Source: Fimbriosthenelais zetlandica (lineage: Eukaryota). Taken from it: DNA of 64,000 nt. A model generated the notes under the pieces. It saw only the letters and a program-made list of their open reading frames with translations, was not told where the DNA came from and did no database searches. The position numbers and the translations under genes are program-made. This document shows, piece by piece, positions 20,635-33,620 of this stretch (its first letter is position 1; every line of letters begins with the position of its first letter). The stretch is taken from NCBI GenBank assembly GCA_977030845.1, contig OZ365111.1, positions 10,850,001-10,914,000 of the forward strand, given 5' to 3'.

Positions 20635-21879
20635 ATAATCATATACTCGGGCCCTAACATTGCCAGCCAATAGTCACGTTTGTTCAAATCCCAAAGGACT
20701 GTAATGCGTGATGTTCATTCTTGAGGCTATAAAGTTGGATTGGAGTGAACGTGTGTGCATTACATGTCCCCGATGGCTTTAAATATAATCAAATGTAAAC
20801 AGTTCGTGACAAAGTGGAGGCCCGGGAAGGCATTATACCCCTGTGGTGGATGTGCTGCATTGATTATTCATTTTCAAAGCATCAAGTAATGGTCTCTGCC
20901 TTGTCAGAAATCCTTTAGAAGTTCAGAAGAAATTCATACTTCTAAATTACAATGGGGCAGGTCCTATACGTGGGATACCTTACGACTTTAAAAAAAAGTC
21001 AAGTTGAATGTTATGGCTCTTCTTACGCCTCACAGAACTTTCACAGCTGGAAATCTATCAAATCTACCACTTTGTTGTCACGTGATACTGATAACACTGT
21101 CGGAGGATGTGATAAGTGGAATGAACTCGTACTAGTGAATATATTGCTATGTCTAGCATGCAGACTATTGCACTCCGTTCACTTTGTGTTGCCTCCTATC
21201 TGTCAATGGACCAGTCAGTAGATGGCGTGTCTGCCATGTAGTGAGCATCAAGGAGGCATCTTGTGTACCGAGGATAGGAACGTGCTTCAGCAAAGCCAGG
21301 CCAAACTTTGCCCTTCCTCTTATGGACGGCTCGCAAATCAAGGCAAACAAGCCTATTACGGGGGTAGAACGGAGCCTGTAAGTATCTCTATGGCAGTGAG
21401 AGGTCTGAAGCTTGCAGAGCATGTATATCAGGAACACTATCAGGAATTACCCTGACACTAAAGTAAATACTTTTAGTAGTACCATGCCATGGTCCTTGAT
21501 GGCTTTTACAAACTTGATCTCGTAGAACTTGATTTCTTGCATGTAGCTTAGAATCTAATATAAGTTTGGAGCAAATATTAAAGACGAAACTGTTTTTATT
21601 TGAAATGTCTTGTTATTTGAGGTCAGGTACATCGAACATGGTGTCATTTCATTAATAAAACAGTATACTACTCACAGTGTGCTAAGGATCACCCCCAAAA
21701 TTTCATTAGCTTGATTTTCATACTGTTTGTCAAAAGGTATCGGTAAAATCAAACGACTTAACTTGAACAAATCCAAAACAGTTTTAGATTTGAGTGCAGT
21801 TTCAGTTTTGAGTGTTCAAGAACTTGCTATCCCTCTTTGAATGCAGTATCTATTATCAGGATTGAATACAGACCTGTCT

Positions 21880-22390
21880 ACTTGTCCATCCAGACTAGTA
21901 TTATTCAAGCATAGATTCCATTCCCGTGATTAAATGCATTTCTCACTCAATTCATCTCAAGATGTGTAATTCAATGTACCTAGGGTATTGTCGATTTCCC
22001 TGATTTTATGCAGCTTTAAATTTGTCCATCTACGATTGTGTTCAAGTTCTCCAGCGGTTGTCCATTTCCCTGATTAAATGCAACTCTAACTCTGTCTATC
22101 TAGGGTTGTGTTATTCAAGGCCCATAGCGTATTGTCAATACCCCTTATTAAATGCAGCTGTAACTCTGTCTATCTAGGTTTGTGTTATTCAAGGGTTGTG
22201 TTATTCAAGCTCTAACCCTGTCCTTGTGTTGTAACATACAAAAGGGTCTATTACCCTGATTAAATTCATGTATATCTAGACTTCTGACATTCAAGGTATG
22301 GTGTCCATTCCCCTTATTAAATGCATCCATAACTCGGTCATTTCAGGAATGTGGAGTCATTGAAGGTATTTACCATTTCCCTGATAAATT
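21880..22390. repeat. Degenerate minisatellite, unit about 70-74 bp
   Basis: The core CCCTGATTAAATGCA recurs at about 21924, 21998, 22068, 22141, 22254, 22310 and 22378, with shared TGTCTATCTAGGGTTGTGTTATTCAAG segments. Confidence 0.75.
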
Positions 22391-23804
22391 TTGCGAAAGC
22401 TGGGTGAGTGGGAGTGATCCGTATAGCATACTGTGAATAATAAATTCAAAAACGTAGGTTACTTTTTGACTGAAACGCAAATGAATATCTTTAAACTGAA
22501 ATGAAATTACATGGATCAATCTGTTTTGTGGAGGTTACAATTATATTCTAACAAAAAAGGTCCTGCTGAACATTGGTTATAGAAGGAGTTGATTCTGACA
22601 GACATATCACTTCATTTATGGCACAATGCATCATGAAACTTGGCAGCCTGCTACCAAGGCATTTGTTAAATTCGAGGGACTGGTATAGAAACTGGGGTCA
22701 CCAATGAAATTTGTTTTTGTCACGCCATTTTTAATTAACCCAAAATACTAATGGAATAGGAAATAAAGTAGGTTACACTCATCATCAGGATAAAAAAATC
22801 ACGTTAAATTTCAGTTAATATTGTGATAATTAGACTGATGATTCGTTTTATGATTTGCGAGGCCTTTCATATAGATCTACCAGTCTCTCCTTGAGTGGAA
22901 GATTGGTGAATATTTCTCGCGATGAAATGAAAATCACAATGAAATCAACCTCTGTATTACTACAGGTACATACATGTATATATATCTAATCTGTAGTGAA
23001 TGATAATATAATAATATTATACACTAAAGTTAGGGATATAATGACATCATATAATGGACTGTGCGTTCTTGAACGTTTAAGGTAATTGTCTTTTGAGAGA
23101 GAATGCTTAGGTGACTGGTTTTCATTCATGTAGGATTATGCATCTTTATCCATAAGATGCATAGTTAATTTATAAATTTCCTCCCTTCCTTTCGATATGT
23201 ATCCACGTCCTTTTTAATGCATATATATATATAAAGTGATGGCTGACAGAATATGACTGCTTTTATATCACGGTTTATGGCTGTGGAAAAGCCACAAGGA
23301 AAAGCAAAATCACATCTGTTCAGATCCACTAAATGCAATCACATAATGAGATGAAATCAATGTGTTACATACAAACACACAAATTTACACAGTTACTGTT
23401 ACTTGTTTAAAAACAATTGACACTCAACAATATCCATATGTCACGAATAAGTCATAATAATGTATCCATAGTCTAAGGTGAAATATGTACATAGTCTTTC
23501 ACTTTTTAAACTACTCTTGCTCCAAAAAAAAGTATTCCAGCAAAAAAAAAGTGATAGCAATTTGTACTCATTGAATGTTGATGATGAGGGGAGAATATGT
23601 GGACAATTCTCCATCTGCAGTGATAGGAATAGGTCGGCTTCTTTTTGCACTGTTTACCAGTGATGCACAAAGATAAGCATCTTCCACCAGCCAAATATTG
23701 ATATTCCTCCCATCCCTCCACTGCCCAACTTTGGATTCCCATAGCCATTGGCTTCCACTTGTCATGCCTCTTGTCAGTGGCACCCTGTCACATGTCAAAT
23801 ATTA

Positions 23805-25043
23805 TCAACACATACTGAGGTTATGCAGTTCACAAATGGAACTGTCCCGGACAATGGAACTCTTGCCTACCCCACCGTTACATTGGGTATTGGTATGCGA
23901 TTGTCCTTCTTGGCAGAGACGGCAGCCTACCCGTTGGTAGACAGTGGCAGCTGGTAAAGTGGGGTTCCGACTACTTGACCGACTGAGAGTTGTAGTCCTA
24001 CTAGTACTGGGCATTAAGGGCGTGTCTCTTTCAACATCCTCATCCCTAAGATGATTCCCTTGACAACACGATGAACAGCATGGTATCCTTCGGAATATAT
24101 TGATATTTCGGTCAAACAATATCAAGACTAAGGGGTTGATTGCAGAGTTGGACCAAGCAATGAAGGTCAGGAGTTTGTATATCTTTGTGGGTTGGGCAAA
24201 TTTGGGGTCCACTAAGGTTAAAATGAAGAGTGGGTACCAGCAAAGTATAAAGAGGCCTGTTATTGTCATTAGGACTCGGGCTCGACTTAAAGAATCCTGG
24301 ACAAGTTTGCGGATATTTTGGTTTTGTGTGTTGCCTCTAGAGATAGCAATTGAGGCTCGAACAAGAGAGGCCAAGCGGTGGGTGGAATTGGCCTGGACAT
24401 GACGGTAGAAGAATACAAGGTAGTATATGGCCCCTATCATGGCCAGAGTCATAATAGCAATCCACATAGCATGTACTACATAACTTTTGATTGTGCCATA
24501 GACAAATATACAGTTTCCAATGAGGTCATTGTAATTGAAGTCACCACCAATGATGGTCGGACCTAAATGGATGATGATACTTCCAATGTATACCATGACA
24601 ATGCCAAAAATTACACAGCACAGGCTTCCTTTAGCCTCCCCTCCAACATTATGTTCACTAAACGTATAAGCTTCACAACAAATCATTGCTACAATATTGA
24701 AACCCGAAGCAGTAACCACAACAACGTAGGATCCACCAAGAATGGTGCAAAAACTGGGAGCCACGTCGCGAAGTAAACTCTGGGCGAAGGGCACGCAGTA
24801 GCCACACTTGATAATATCTAAGACACAGCCATGGACAATGAAAGCACTGGTCATCTTACGTAATGGCTTACATGTAATGATACAAGCAATCACTGCCAGA
24901 TTGAGGAACAGCCCAGAGGCAGCCGTTATGAAGAGATAGAGTGCCTCGTTAACATTCTCTGATGGAACGCGTTCGTCGATATCGCCAATTTGGTCAAGGT
25001 CATGGATGACCGGCACAGGGCTCACATCATCATCGTATTCCAT
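23805..25043 (-). CDS. Intronless orphan class A (rhodopsin-like) GPCR, 412 aa, loosely SREB/GPR88-like
   Basis: Seven hydrophobic helices. TM1 GLFLN, TM2 AFIVHGCVLD, TM3 Cys (FCTIL) with ECL2 Cys (GNCIF), TM6 CWYP, TM7 NSAINPLVL. Cys cluster and Ser/Thr-rich C-terminal tail. The subfamily assignment is tentative. Confidence 0.93.
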   Translation of the reverse strand: MEYDDDVSPVPVIHDLDQIGDIDERVPSENVNEALYLFITAASGLFLNLAVIACIITCKPLRKMTSAFIVHGCVLDIIKCGYCVPFAQSLLRDVAPSFCTILGGSYVVVVTASGFNIVAMICCEAYTFSEHNVGGEAKGSLCCVIFGIVMVYIGSIIIHLGPTIIGGDFNYNDLIGNCIFVYGTIKSYVVHAMWIAIMTLAMIGAIYYLVFFYRHVQANSTHRLASLVRASIAISRGNTQNQNIRKLVQDSLSRARVLMTITGLFILCWYPLFILTLVDPKFAQPTKIYKLLTFIAWSNSAINPLVLILFDRNINIFRRIPCCSSCCQGNHLRDEDVERDTPLMPSTSRTTTLSRSSSRNPTLPAATVYQRVGCRLCQEGQSHTNTQCNGGVGKSSIVRDSSICELHNLSMC

Positions 25044-27190
25044 GTTGGGATAAGCCTTATTAATATCCTCCCAGCTAGCTTTAATCCATCAATGACACTC
25101 ACTCACCACCAAGTAAATATTCAATGAACACATTGGTTATCATCACTTTGAAAGTCCACCTATAAACCGCAAGTCTCTGAACCAAGGCTGAATGAACCAT
25201 AGGTGTGGTGAAGTTTTATTAATTAAACAGCAGATTGGTGATGGAACTCGGCTTATGGTGTTGGACTAAAACAATCCAAGGACTGTCTGCATCACTGGGA
25301 ATGAGCTTGTGATACCCTGGATCGAAGAGAGGTGCTTCTTATGTTGGCCAGCAGAGAGGTCCATGTTCAGAGCCTGTCGCTTTTAGTAGTGGAAGGACTA
25401 TTAGGCCTCTCGTTATTGGTCCACGTGGTCTGATCCCATAATCCTCTTAATGCAGCCCCAACTCTCCAGTCTGAAAGCAGAAATGAGAGTCAATACGAGC
25501 ACAACAAATGACAATAAGGCAGTTCCCCCGTACCCCTATTCCCGCCAGATTATTATGTCAAATATCACTTATAAAAATGGCACCAACTTATTAGGACAAT
25601 CATGCATCGTCAAAAGCCAAATTCAACTTGACATGTGGTTAAAATAGATAAATAATTAATTGACTTCAATTTCGTTCTGCCCTATAATAAATCGCACTGT
25701 GTAGATTCCAGTCACTATATATATATGCATGACACATAATAATCTGAAAGTATTCTTCACTTCACTTCACTTCACTACAATAGGTCTTGCATATATCGGA
25801 TAGAATTTCAACCACATATTTCAATGTATTCTCTATTTAAACAGATCTACTGTATTTTCCTTTTCTCCATATAAATGTTATGGATTCCCTGATGCCAAAA
25901 TAATATGCTTTCCACAGCCCTCAGTATAACGCCTGAAAGAGCGAGCAACTATGATCTAAACGTAAATCCATCCTCCCCTAATCGTTTGAAATTACGTTTA
26001 TGAATAGGCCCTCTAATGCAGACTGCAGTAGCAGTAGGACTGCCTATAAGAGATCAATGGCTTCAGTGCGTGACTCCCACCTATCCTCTCATTGTTAAGC
26101 TTTAAGTGCTCACATCTAGATAAACCTAAAGTGGATTTCAGAACATCAAACACAAAGAATTGCTAGCTTTTAATGTACACCAGTCATCCAATTAGCGTGG
26201 TGTGAATCCGAAAAAGGATGGCACGTTCACAGTAGTATAGTGAAATGGCTGTTTTTATCTGGATTCACTTTCAATGATAGCCCAAATAATGTCACGGATT
26301 AAGATACATTATGTAGGATAGAATTATTAGTTCCATGATTATTGGTCTCATCTCATCGTTTACCCACAAAAAATACATTACTTTTCTACAAATTTCGAAA
26401 AAAAGTCTTGCGTGCCGCATATAATGACAAGATCGTTATAATGTATACTGTTCCTTTGTAAAAAGCCCTGCGGGGCTTCTATTGATTTATTAATGGCTCA
26501 GGCATGCAGCAATCCATCTGAAGTTATACTTTGTGATACTTGGTATATATATATTCATGTACTATGTGATATTCCTTTAGAATACAGGCAGACGGAGGCT
26601 GATGGTTTCTTTTTACCTCGCTATACCTGTTTCTCCTGATGTTTTCGATCACCAAATACTGAAGTTTTCTTAAGGGAGTTGACAACGTTATAGTGGCAAG
26701 TCTGTGTATACCAACTGTTCGTAATGACCTTTAAGGAAGTCACTGTTGCTCTACAGGAATGTCTATGCTCTTTTCTAACTACATACCACCTTTTTCTACT
26801 CCTCTTTAACCTTTCGCAGTACATGTAAATGTATGCATGAGGAGGCCACAACTGGGGACTGCCTGTAAGGCTGTCCTGGCTAATTCAAGTCTGTGGGAGG
26901 AAAAATAGGAGCCTTGCATCCAGTAAGACAAGTTAATCCCAGAGCTGGATTACTCTAATTCATCATCTATTGATCTGCATGGAGGCCATAGCTAGTATAA
27001 CACAGCTAATCAGTACATCTCATGGTCGTGATGGAATAGGCCACAATGAAGCCCACGCAATGATATGCTTCCTCATAATTATGAGCAGCCCCAGCCTGTC
27101 CCCAAGATTGGACTTCTTACAAGGCATGCCTGTAAATCAAAAAATAGATATAAAGAACAAAATAAAACAGAAAGAATTCTTTTTTCTGTT

Positions 27191-27290
27191 TCCCTCTCTC
27201 CCTCATTTGCTCTCCCTCTCTCGATCCCTTATATTCCCAACCCCTCTCTCGCTCCTTTCCATATCTCTCTCTCTCCCCCTCTCTCTCTCG
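27191..27290. repeat. Imperfect CT-rich repeat
   Basis: TCCCTCTCTC-type pyrimidine tract. Confidence 0.8.
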
Positions 27291-30200
27291 CCCATACACT
27301 TTCACTCATACAATGTCGGTCATTCTAAGGCTTCCTCTCAAAAGTAAGAAAATAAAATGAGAAATGCAATGACCAGAGTGCCTTTAATAATGGTCCTTTC
27401 AGAAAGAATCCCTATAAATCACTTTGCTGAACCTGAATTGATTGCAGTGGCTTATTCCACCATGTTCCTTCAAATCTATTTAAGTCACTGGCACTCATTC
27501 ATACACAAGCCTTTACGAGGTGTAGTTTGCGTGTTCTTGGATGGAAATGGCCCTCCGTCATGTACAGAACAGCAGACTTTTCATGTTCTTCACTTCTTAC
27601 AAGACCAAGGAATTGTCCATATTCAGTGAAGAATAAAGAAGCCAGAAGGGGCACTCGTATATATATGTCTATCTTCTATGATAGAGCTTTGCCAACATTG
27701 AACAGTCATGGAATATTTCGGTTCCGATTTTATTCCATAATATTCCTTTTGTATAGTAAAGCCTAGTAGGGGGTAGGTCTATGGGGGAATCTTAAAGGAG
27801 CATGAAACCGTAGAACTTCCCAAATTAAATGAACCTTTCTCATTTTGTCTCCAGCAATTCAGACACATTTTTTCATCCCTGATTCGTGAGTTGTGTAAAA
27901 TGGGGCAATGGCTTATCGTCATTACCATTATCCTCGGACGCGAAATTCATAAATTATTCCAAAAGGGTCCTTTGTTTAATCTAGGAGGATCTGACTCTAA
28001 ATAACTATTATAATCGTTCTTATCATGGCATTATGGCCTAAATGACATTAAAGAGATATTCCCCATCAAGTCACGTAATCTGCCTGGATCAATATAGAGC
28101 TCTGTTCACATTTACCAATAGTCTGACTTGATCATTTAGGCGATGGTGCAACTCAATCAGTCTGTGCATGGCTAAAGCTTCTATTCATATTCACAGAGTC
28201 TAGGTGCTGAGTCAGTGCCTTTACAACTACCTGTTCTTACCACTCTTTCTGGAATAACAATTTTCTTTAAATGACAAAAATTTCCCATTTTGTATGTATA
28301 GTGCAGAACGGAGAAGATTATAGACCTAATCTCAGACAGAAAAGACAGGTCTAATCTGACATTATTGAATACAAGTTCCTCGTTATTGCATTCGGCATCC
28401 CGATCAATACATGTGTGCCAAAGCCGCCGTATGATATTCAGACAGTGCGATGGAATGAGTATGTTTTTCTCAGTGGTCTGTATTTGTGAATTCCATTGCA
28501 GACATTGGATTATTTGGCATCATATGACTCCATTAATTTTAATAATCTGACAGTAGTACTGTGTTGGATAATCATTCAAATGAGACTTGTTTTCGCAACC
28601 AAATATTCCATCCAATGAAACAATATTTTTGGTTTTCAATGGCAATGACAAATGTGTCCCAGATTCATCATACATGTCTTGGAAGAAGGAAATACTTGCC
28701 ATTTCCACCAATGCATGACTGCAGCTTATTGATTGCATGACGTATTAGTGTTGCCTATAATTTATTTGCCAGTTAGTTGTTAGATGGACAGCCGTGGAGC
28801 CATTATGGCTAATGGAACGTCCAACACGAAATGATCATGAGGTTATAAATTACCATTGTCTCTTGATTGAGGCTCCCTTCTGATGGTCCCACATCAAGAG
28901 TGGAATGGTAACAACGGCCAAACCATCATTTTCATTATTTCCCTCTAAGTAATCAAAATATTTTGCCCAAGATCCTTCCCAGATTCCATAGGTTTAATAT
29001 GCAATGTGCATTGCTTTCTAGCTAGGTTATACTGCTGCAGAATGATAACAAGTATGATAATAGTGCATGCAAATACTATATTTACATATGGCTGCAAGTG
29101 GTTTACATAACCGCTGAATATATACTCTAAATATTATTTAGTATAGCTTGCTGCCATCGTAACTTCTTAAGGTTGTTTACCAGAAATATTCCCTGAATTC
29201 ACTAGGGACATATTAAGAAGTTATCTGAGCTTGAAACAAGCAAGGCCAGCACACTGCGTATGTACACAGTACATAAATGCTGATCCAGCCCGGTAAAGAA
29301 GATCATCAATTACTGCCCTGCCCACAAGACCGCTGCTGCGACTGATTCCACAGATAAGCCACGGTAAAGGTTTATCAGCAAGAGAGCACAGATAACAAAC
29401 GCTTTACTTTTGTTTCACGGTGATTTGTGGGGGTGGTGGATTACTTTAACCTGTACTTTTTTCCCCGTATTTCTGTGCTCAATATTATGCTAAAAGCAAA
29501 GTAAGGTAAACAGAATGGGCGAACACTTCATACCGATGAGGGAATATAAATTTGAAAGCCAGAGTTTGAATAGATAATTCAATCTCATATTTATTCTCTG
29601 GAGATTTTCGGATTGATTTTTCCTCTTTTCAAACTGGTTATTCACACCACAGCCTGATATCGCGTTTCCAAGGTTACAATCAAATGACCATTGTGATGCT
29701 GCACTATATGCTCTACGAGACCAATTATATATTCAGGGAAGAATTCAAAACCTATTTCCATTTCAATATGTCTGATATGTCTGAATTGGTGACAAGCATG
29801 AAGGTCTATAGGACTCATAATGAAAGATCCGATTACTCAATATGTGATGACGGTAGGGGTTATATATGCATGGACCTATAGCTAGGGGACATCGTTTGTT
29901 AATCGGAACTGAGCCTAATTGAATATCTGGTGTGACTTACCACAGCTCAACAAATGCCTCTGAATGATGTTGGTAAACCATACATGCCAGATGGTGGTAC
30001 TCCCAGCCCTGCACACACCATTAAAAACTGCCTATAGGTACAGTTACATGCCTTCTCTAACTGCTGCCCTGTAATTGGCACTGATACTGAGCAGAACATA
30101 AGGCAGGTTAAGGGAAATGTTTGGGGTTCATCTAATATACCGTCCACCCCGTATTATGCAGTCTTATGATTCAAGCTTGTTTCCCACAGAGTTCTCTTCA

Positions 30201-33200
30201 CAAGATGGGTAATAAAAATGAAGACGCCACATTTCAAGAAGGCTGACTCACGTGGAAGCTGTCTCATATCATGTATCTATACCTACTGACCCATTTAGAC
30301 AGTGGGTTCAAGGTGAATTGCTGTTTGAAATCCTTCAAGATGGATTTCACAAATTCAAGATGATCCAATAAGTATCATTTTAATATGGGAATCAGTACCA
30401 GCCGTTGCACTGGAATTTGCTGCCCACGAGCAAAATACTGTGCTCTCTGGATAAATTATGGATTTTCAAGAATCCTTAGAGAAAATTATGGAGGGATTTA
30501 TGAAGAAAAATTTGAAATTGAAATAAGTCTTGCAACTGATGCGAAGTCAGGCAGCCGAATCATCAGTTGGACATCTAGCCCAAAATAAAGAGTATACTAA
30601 TATTGAAAGCTCTTTCACAGTACTCCTGATTTTACATCAGGAAAGCCATACAAGGCTGAGATTGAGGAGTAACCTAATTAATTGCTGTGCATAATTCCTA
30701 TTAAGTACTTGAATGAGTATTCAGGATCTCTCCTGGTAATGGGAATGGACCTTGAATAGACCAGACAGTATAGGCTTCCCCATCATCAATTGGCTCAGCA
30801 TCGATTTGTCAGGTCACACTCCATGCATACACTATATACCCTTTAATCCCTTTGTCTCCATGCCACAGCAATTCCTCTGTGTGTATGAATAGCTTTGGAT
30901 GCATCCTTGGCCAATATTGTGTCTCTGTGTTGGGGTAGTAGGATTAATGAATTGGACATCAAAGTTTCTGAATTCATCCACATTAGCATTACTAGCCACC
31001 CAACTTGCATCTACCAGCTGAAGTAAATCTGCTCATCCTTCGGTACTTGTATTATCGCTAGTCCACACAAAGGCCTTACTAGAGAAAAGGGAACCTCAGT
31101 GTATTCAACACAAACTGCTTTTGGGTCTGCTATAAAAGGGAGCTGGAAATATTGCCGAGTTTAAGTTATAATCCGTGACAGTCTGAACCCCCAAAGCCCC
31201 CCGTTGTATTGCATGCCTGAGCTTGTTATTGTGTAGCTAATATTTATCTTAAAACTTGCCTGCATGGATATAATATTGAACTGCTTCTGAAATCTTGTCA
31301 AATCTTGTTGTAATTAATGGACCCGTGACGAGGTGGATCATGGATGAAAAGATCCAGTTTAATTAGCTCGTATTTGTGGGGTTCCTTTGATGTATTATCA
31401 AAGGCATTGTCACAGGTTTAGCTATTGCTTGAATTAAATTGCACAAGAGCATCTCCTGTTGAGACATTTCCCCAGCTATGACTATCCTCTATTTCCCCTA
31501 TGGCATTGAGCAGTGCAACCAAAGACAAACATTTTCATACGTGACATGGAGTTATTGAAGCTATTACTATGTAGTTTTGATTATATTTCAATCAATGGTC
31601 ATCCTATTCAACCTTCCTTCTAGGGTTATAAGATTGTGATATAGGCTAATAAATTCCCCCCGACCATCCTTCATGGAGCTCTTACTATAGCAACCATGCT
31701 TCGAATGAATAAGCTTGTCCTCCCCATGGAAAATTGAGATTAATCATATCAACAGTAAGGAAAATAGCCTTCTCACCTCCCCCTATACCCTGAGCATGAA
31801 TATAATCCCCATAAGCAATATAAGCAGTAATGGGTTGCGATATACAACTATAAATATACAGTTACGGTTAGCTGGTAAAGAAGTAGAAAGAAGCTGAATG
31901 ATCCTACCCATGGCAATGGTAAAACTCCATAAAGGACACCAAGGGACCTATTTCCATGTAGGTAATACTCCACGAGTGTTCATGGTCCTTGCCTAGATTC
32001 TGTATTAAATATTGCTTGGGTATTAGGTAGGAGCTTCCAGACGTAGCATGGTATGCCCAACCATTACCTAAGGGGTGCTTGCAGTGTAGTGGAAGCTCCT
32101 GGAAATTGCCAACTGGCTGCTTCTTCTGAACATAAACCCTGCTCCACCAGGGAGATCCTTAGGTCGACAGGTCATATGTCAACCCAATGGATAAGTACCA
32201 TTATGAGCGAGCCATAAATGCCATCTGCATTAGAGTGGCCCAACGGTGATAGCTCCAGCACATCTCTCTTTATATCCCCACTCCTATACCAGCAGACTGA
32301 CTTAAGAGAAAAGTTCCCTCTCAGCCTTGTGGATATCACAGCTTTTGTTGTGTCAGGGGTACCGTTGAGAGCTGTGGTGGATTTATTGCTTTTTTATGGA
32401 GGGCTGATGCCCTGTACCCCCACTGGCAGGGTCTTGTTCCATGGCAATAGGTTATGTATAGGCACTGCATGAAGCCATTAAGAATGAACTCAGTTGATTG
32501 CATTAAACCCTCCGTTTTTGATCCAGTGTGACTTGGCCGGTAATCACAGAGACAGGGTTGTATAGAGCTACGAGCTAACCTTTCAAGACTTTCACAAAAG
32601 ACCAAAAACAGCAGAGCAAGACATCGGTGTCTTTTTACTTCCGAGGCACCATTAAAGGCATTTTGTCCTGGACATTCTCCTACATATAGGGTTGGTGTCC
32701 TGGCTATCAATGGCTCCTATATGGGAATCCCGGGTACTGTGAAAGTCAACCTCTTTGGAGGGAGTGATAGAAGCCTCCTAGCTTTTCCATCCATTTACGG
32801 AGCTATCCAGGATGGAGGGTATATCAACAATGTTTGCTACATATCCAGATGTTCATTTTGGCAGGCAATATTCATACGACTCCCTAGTGATGTCACTGTT
32901 GAGCGTAAATCCATATACCGGGCTATCTTTTCTGCCGACACCCATCCCCTGTCCACGTGCTTCAGGCTCTACTAGTCTCCGTATTCATATTCCAAATTCC
33001 TCCCGTCAAATGTTTCCTCTGAGCCATTGGTTGTGGCAAGTTTAACCCCTTTCACTCAATAGTTGGATCTTGGAAAGCCAGAGTTTACCGGAATAACAAC
33101 CAAGGCACAGTTGTTTCTTAAAGAGCCTCTACCTATGGAATGATAGTAAGAGCTTGAATTGATGTGCCTCCTTCCTGCCTACTCCTCACATGGTGTTGGA

Positions 33201-33400
33201 CAGAGTGAGTGAGTGAATGAGTGAGTAGGGTTGAAGGGAGGAGGAACTGGAGTAAATGAGAGTTGTAGAGGCATCCACTGCTGCTTCTCCAGCTGTCACC
33301 GTGGAGTCTTCACTACTACTAGTTCTACTACTACTAGTTCTACCTCTACCACCACCGCTGCGCCACCATGTGTATTAGCCTTCCATTGATCAGAAACAGA

Positions 33401-33620
33401 GGCCCTCTCTTCCTCTTCCCTCTCCCTCTCTGTCATGAACTGTGCAGCCTGATGGACAGCCCCACCAACCAAGCACAGCTCATACTTGCGTCTCCTCTGC
33501 GTGTCCTCAGGAGCTTGGGCCCTGGCACACACACTCTCTCTCTCTCTCTCCCTCTCCTCAATGCCACAATCTCCTCTCACCAGACTTTTTCCCAGCTCTC
33601 TTCTCACTGCTCCCTCTCCT
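33401..33620. repeat. CT/CA-rich simple repeat block
   Basis: CACACACTCTCTCTCTCTCTCTCCCTCTCC and neighbouring pyrimidine tracts; (CTA)n and (GAGT)n repeats lie just upstream (33200-33350). Confidence 0.8.

Noticed and set aside
21880-22390. Repeat array as CRISPR-like
   Set aside because: The units are degenerate tandem copies without unique spacers, the context is eukaryotic and there are no cas genes.
29900-33100. Possible Ngaro/DIRS reverse transcriptase or hAT transposase remnant (GFRL, GPFPLP, QFLMVCAGLGVP, GQNAFNGAS echoes)
   Set aside because: Motif spacings are two to three times too long and no catalytic motif is intact. Probably decayed repeat DNA, but I cannot assign a family.
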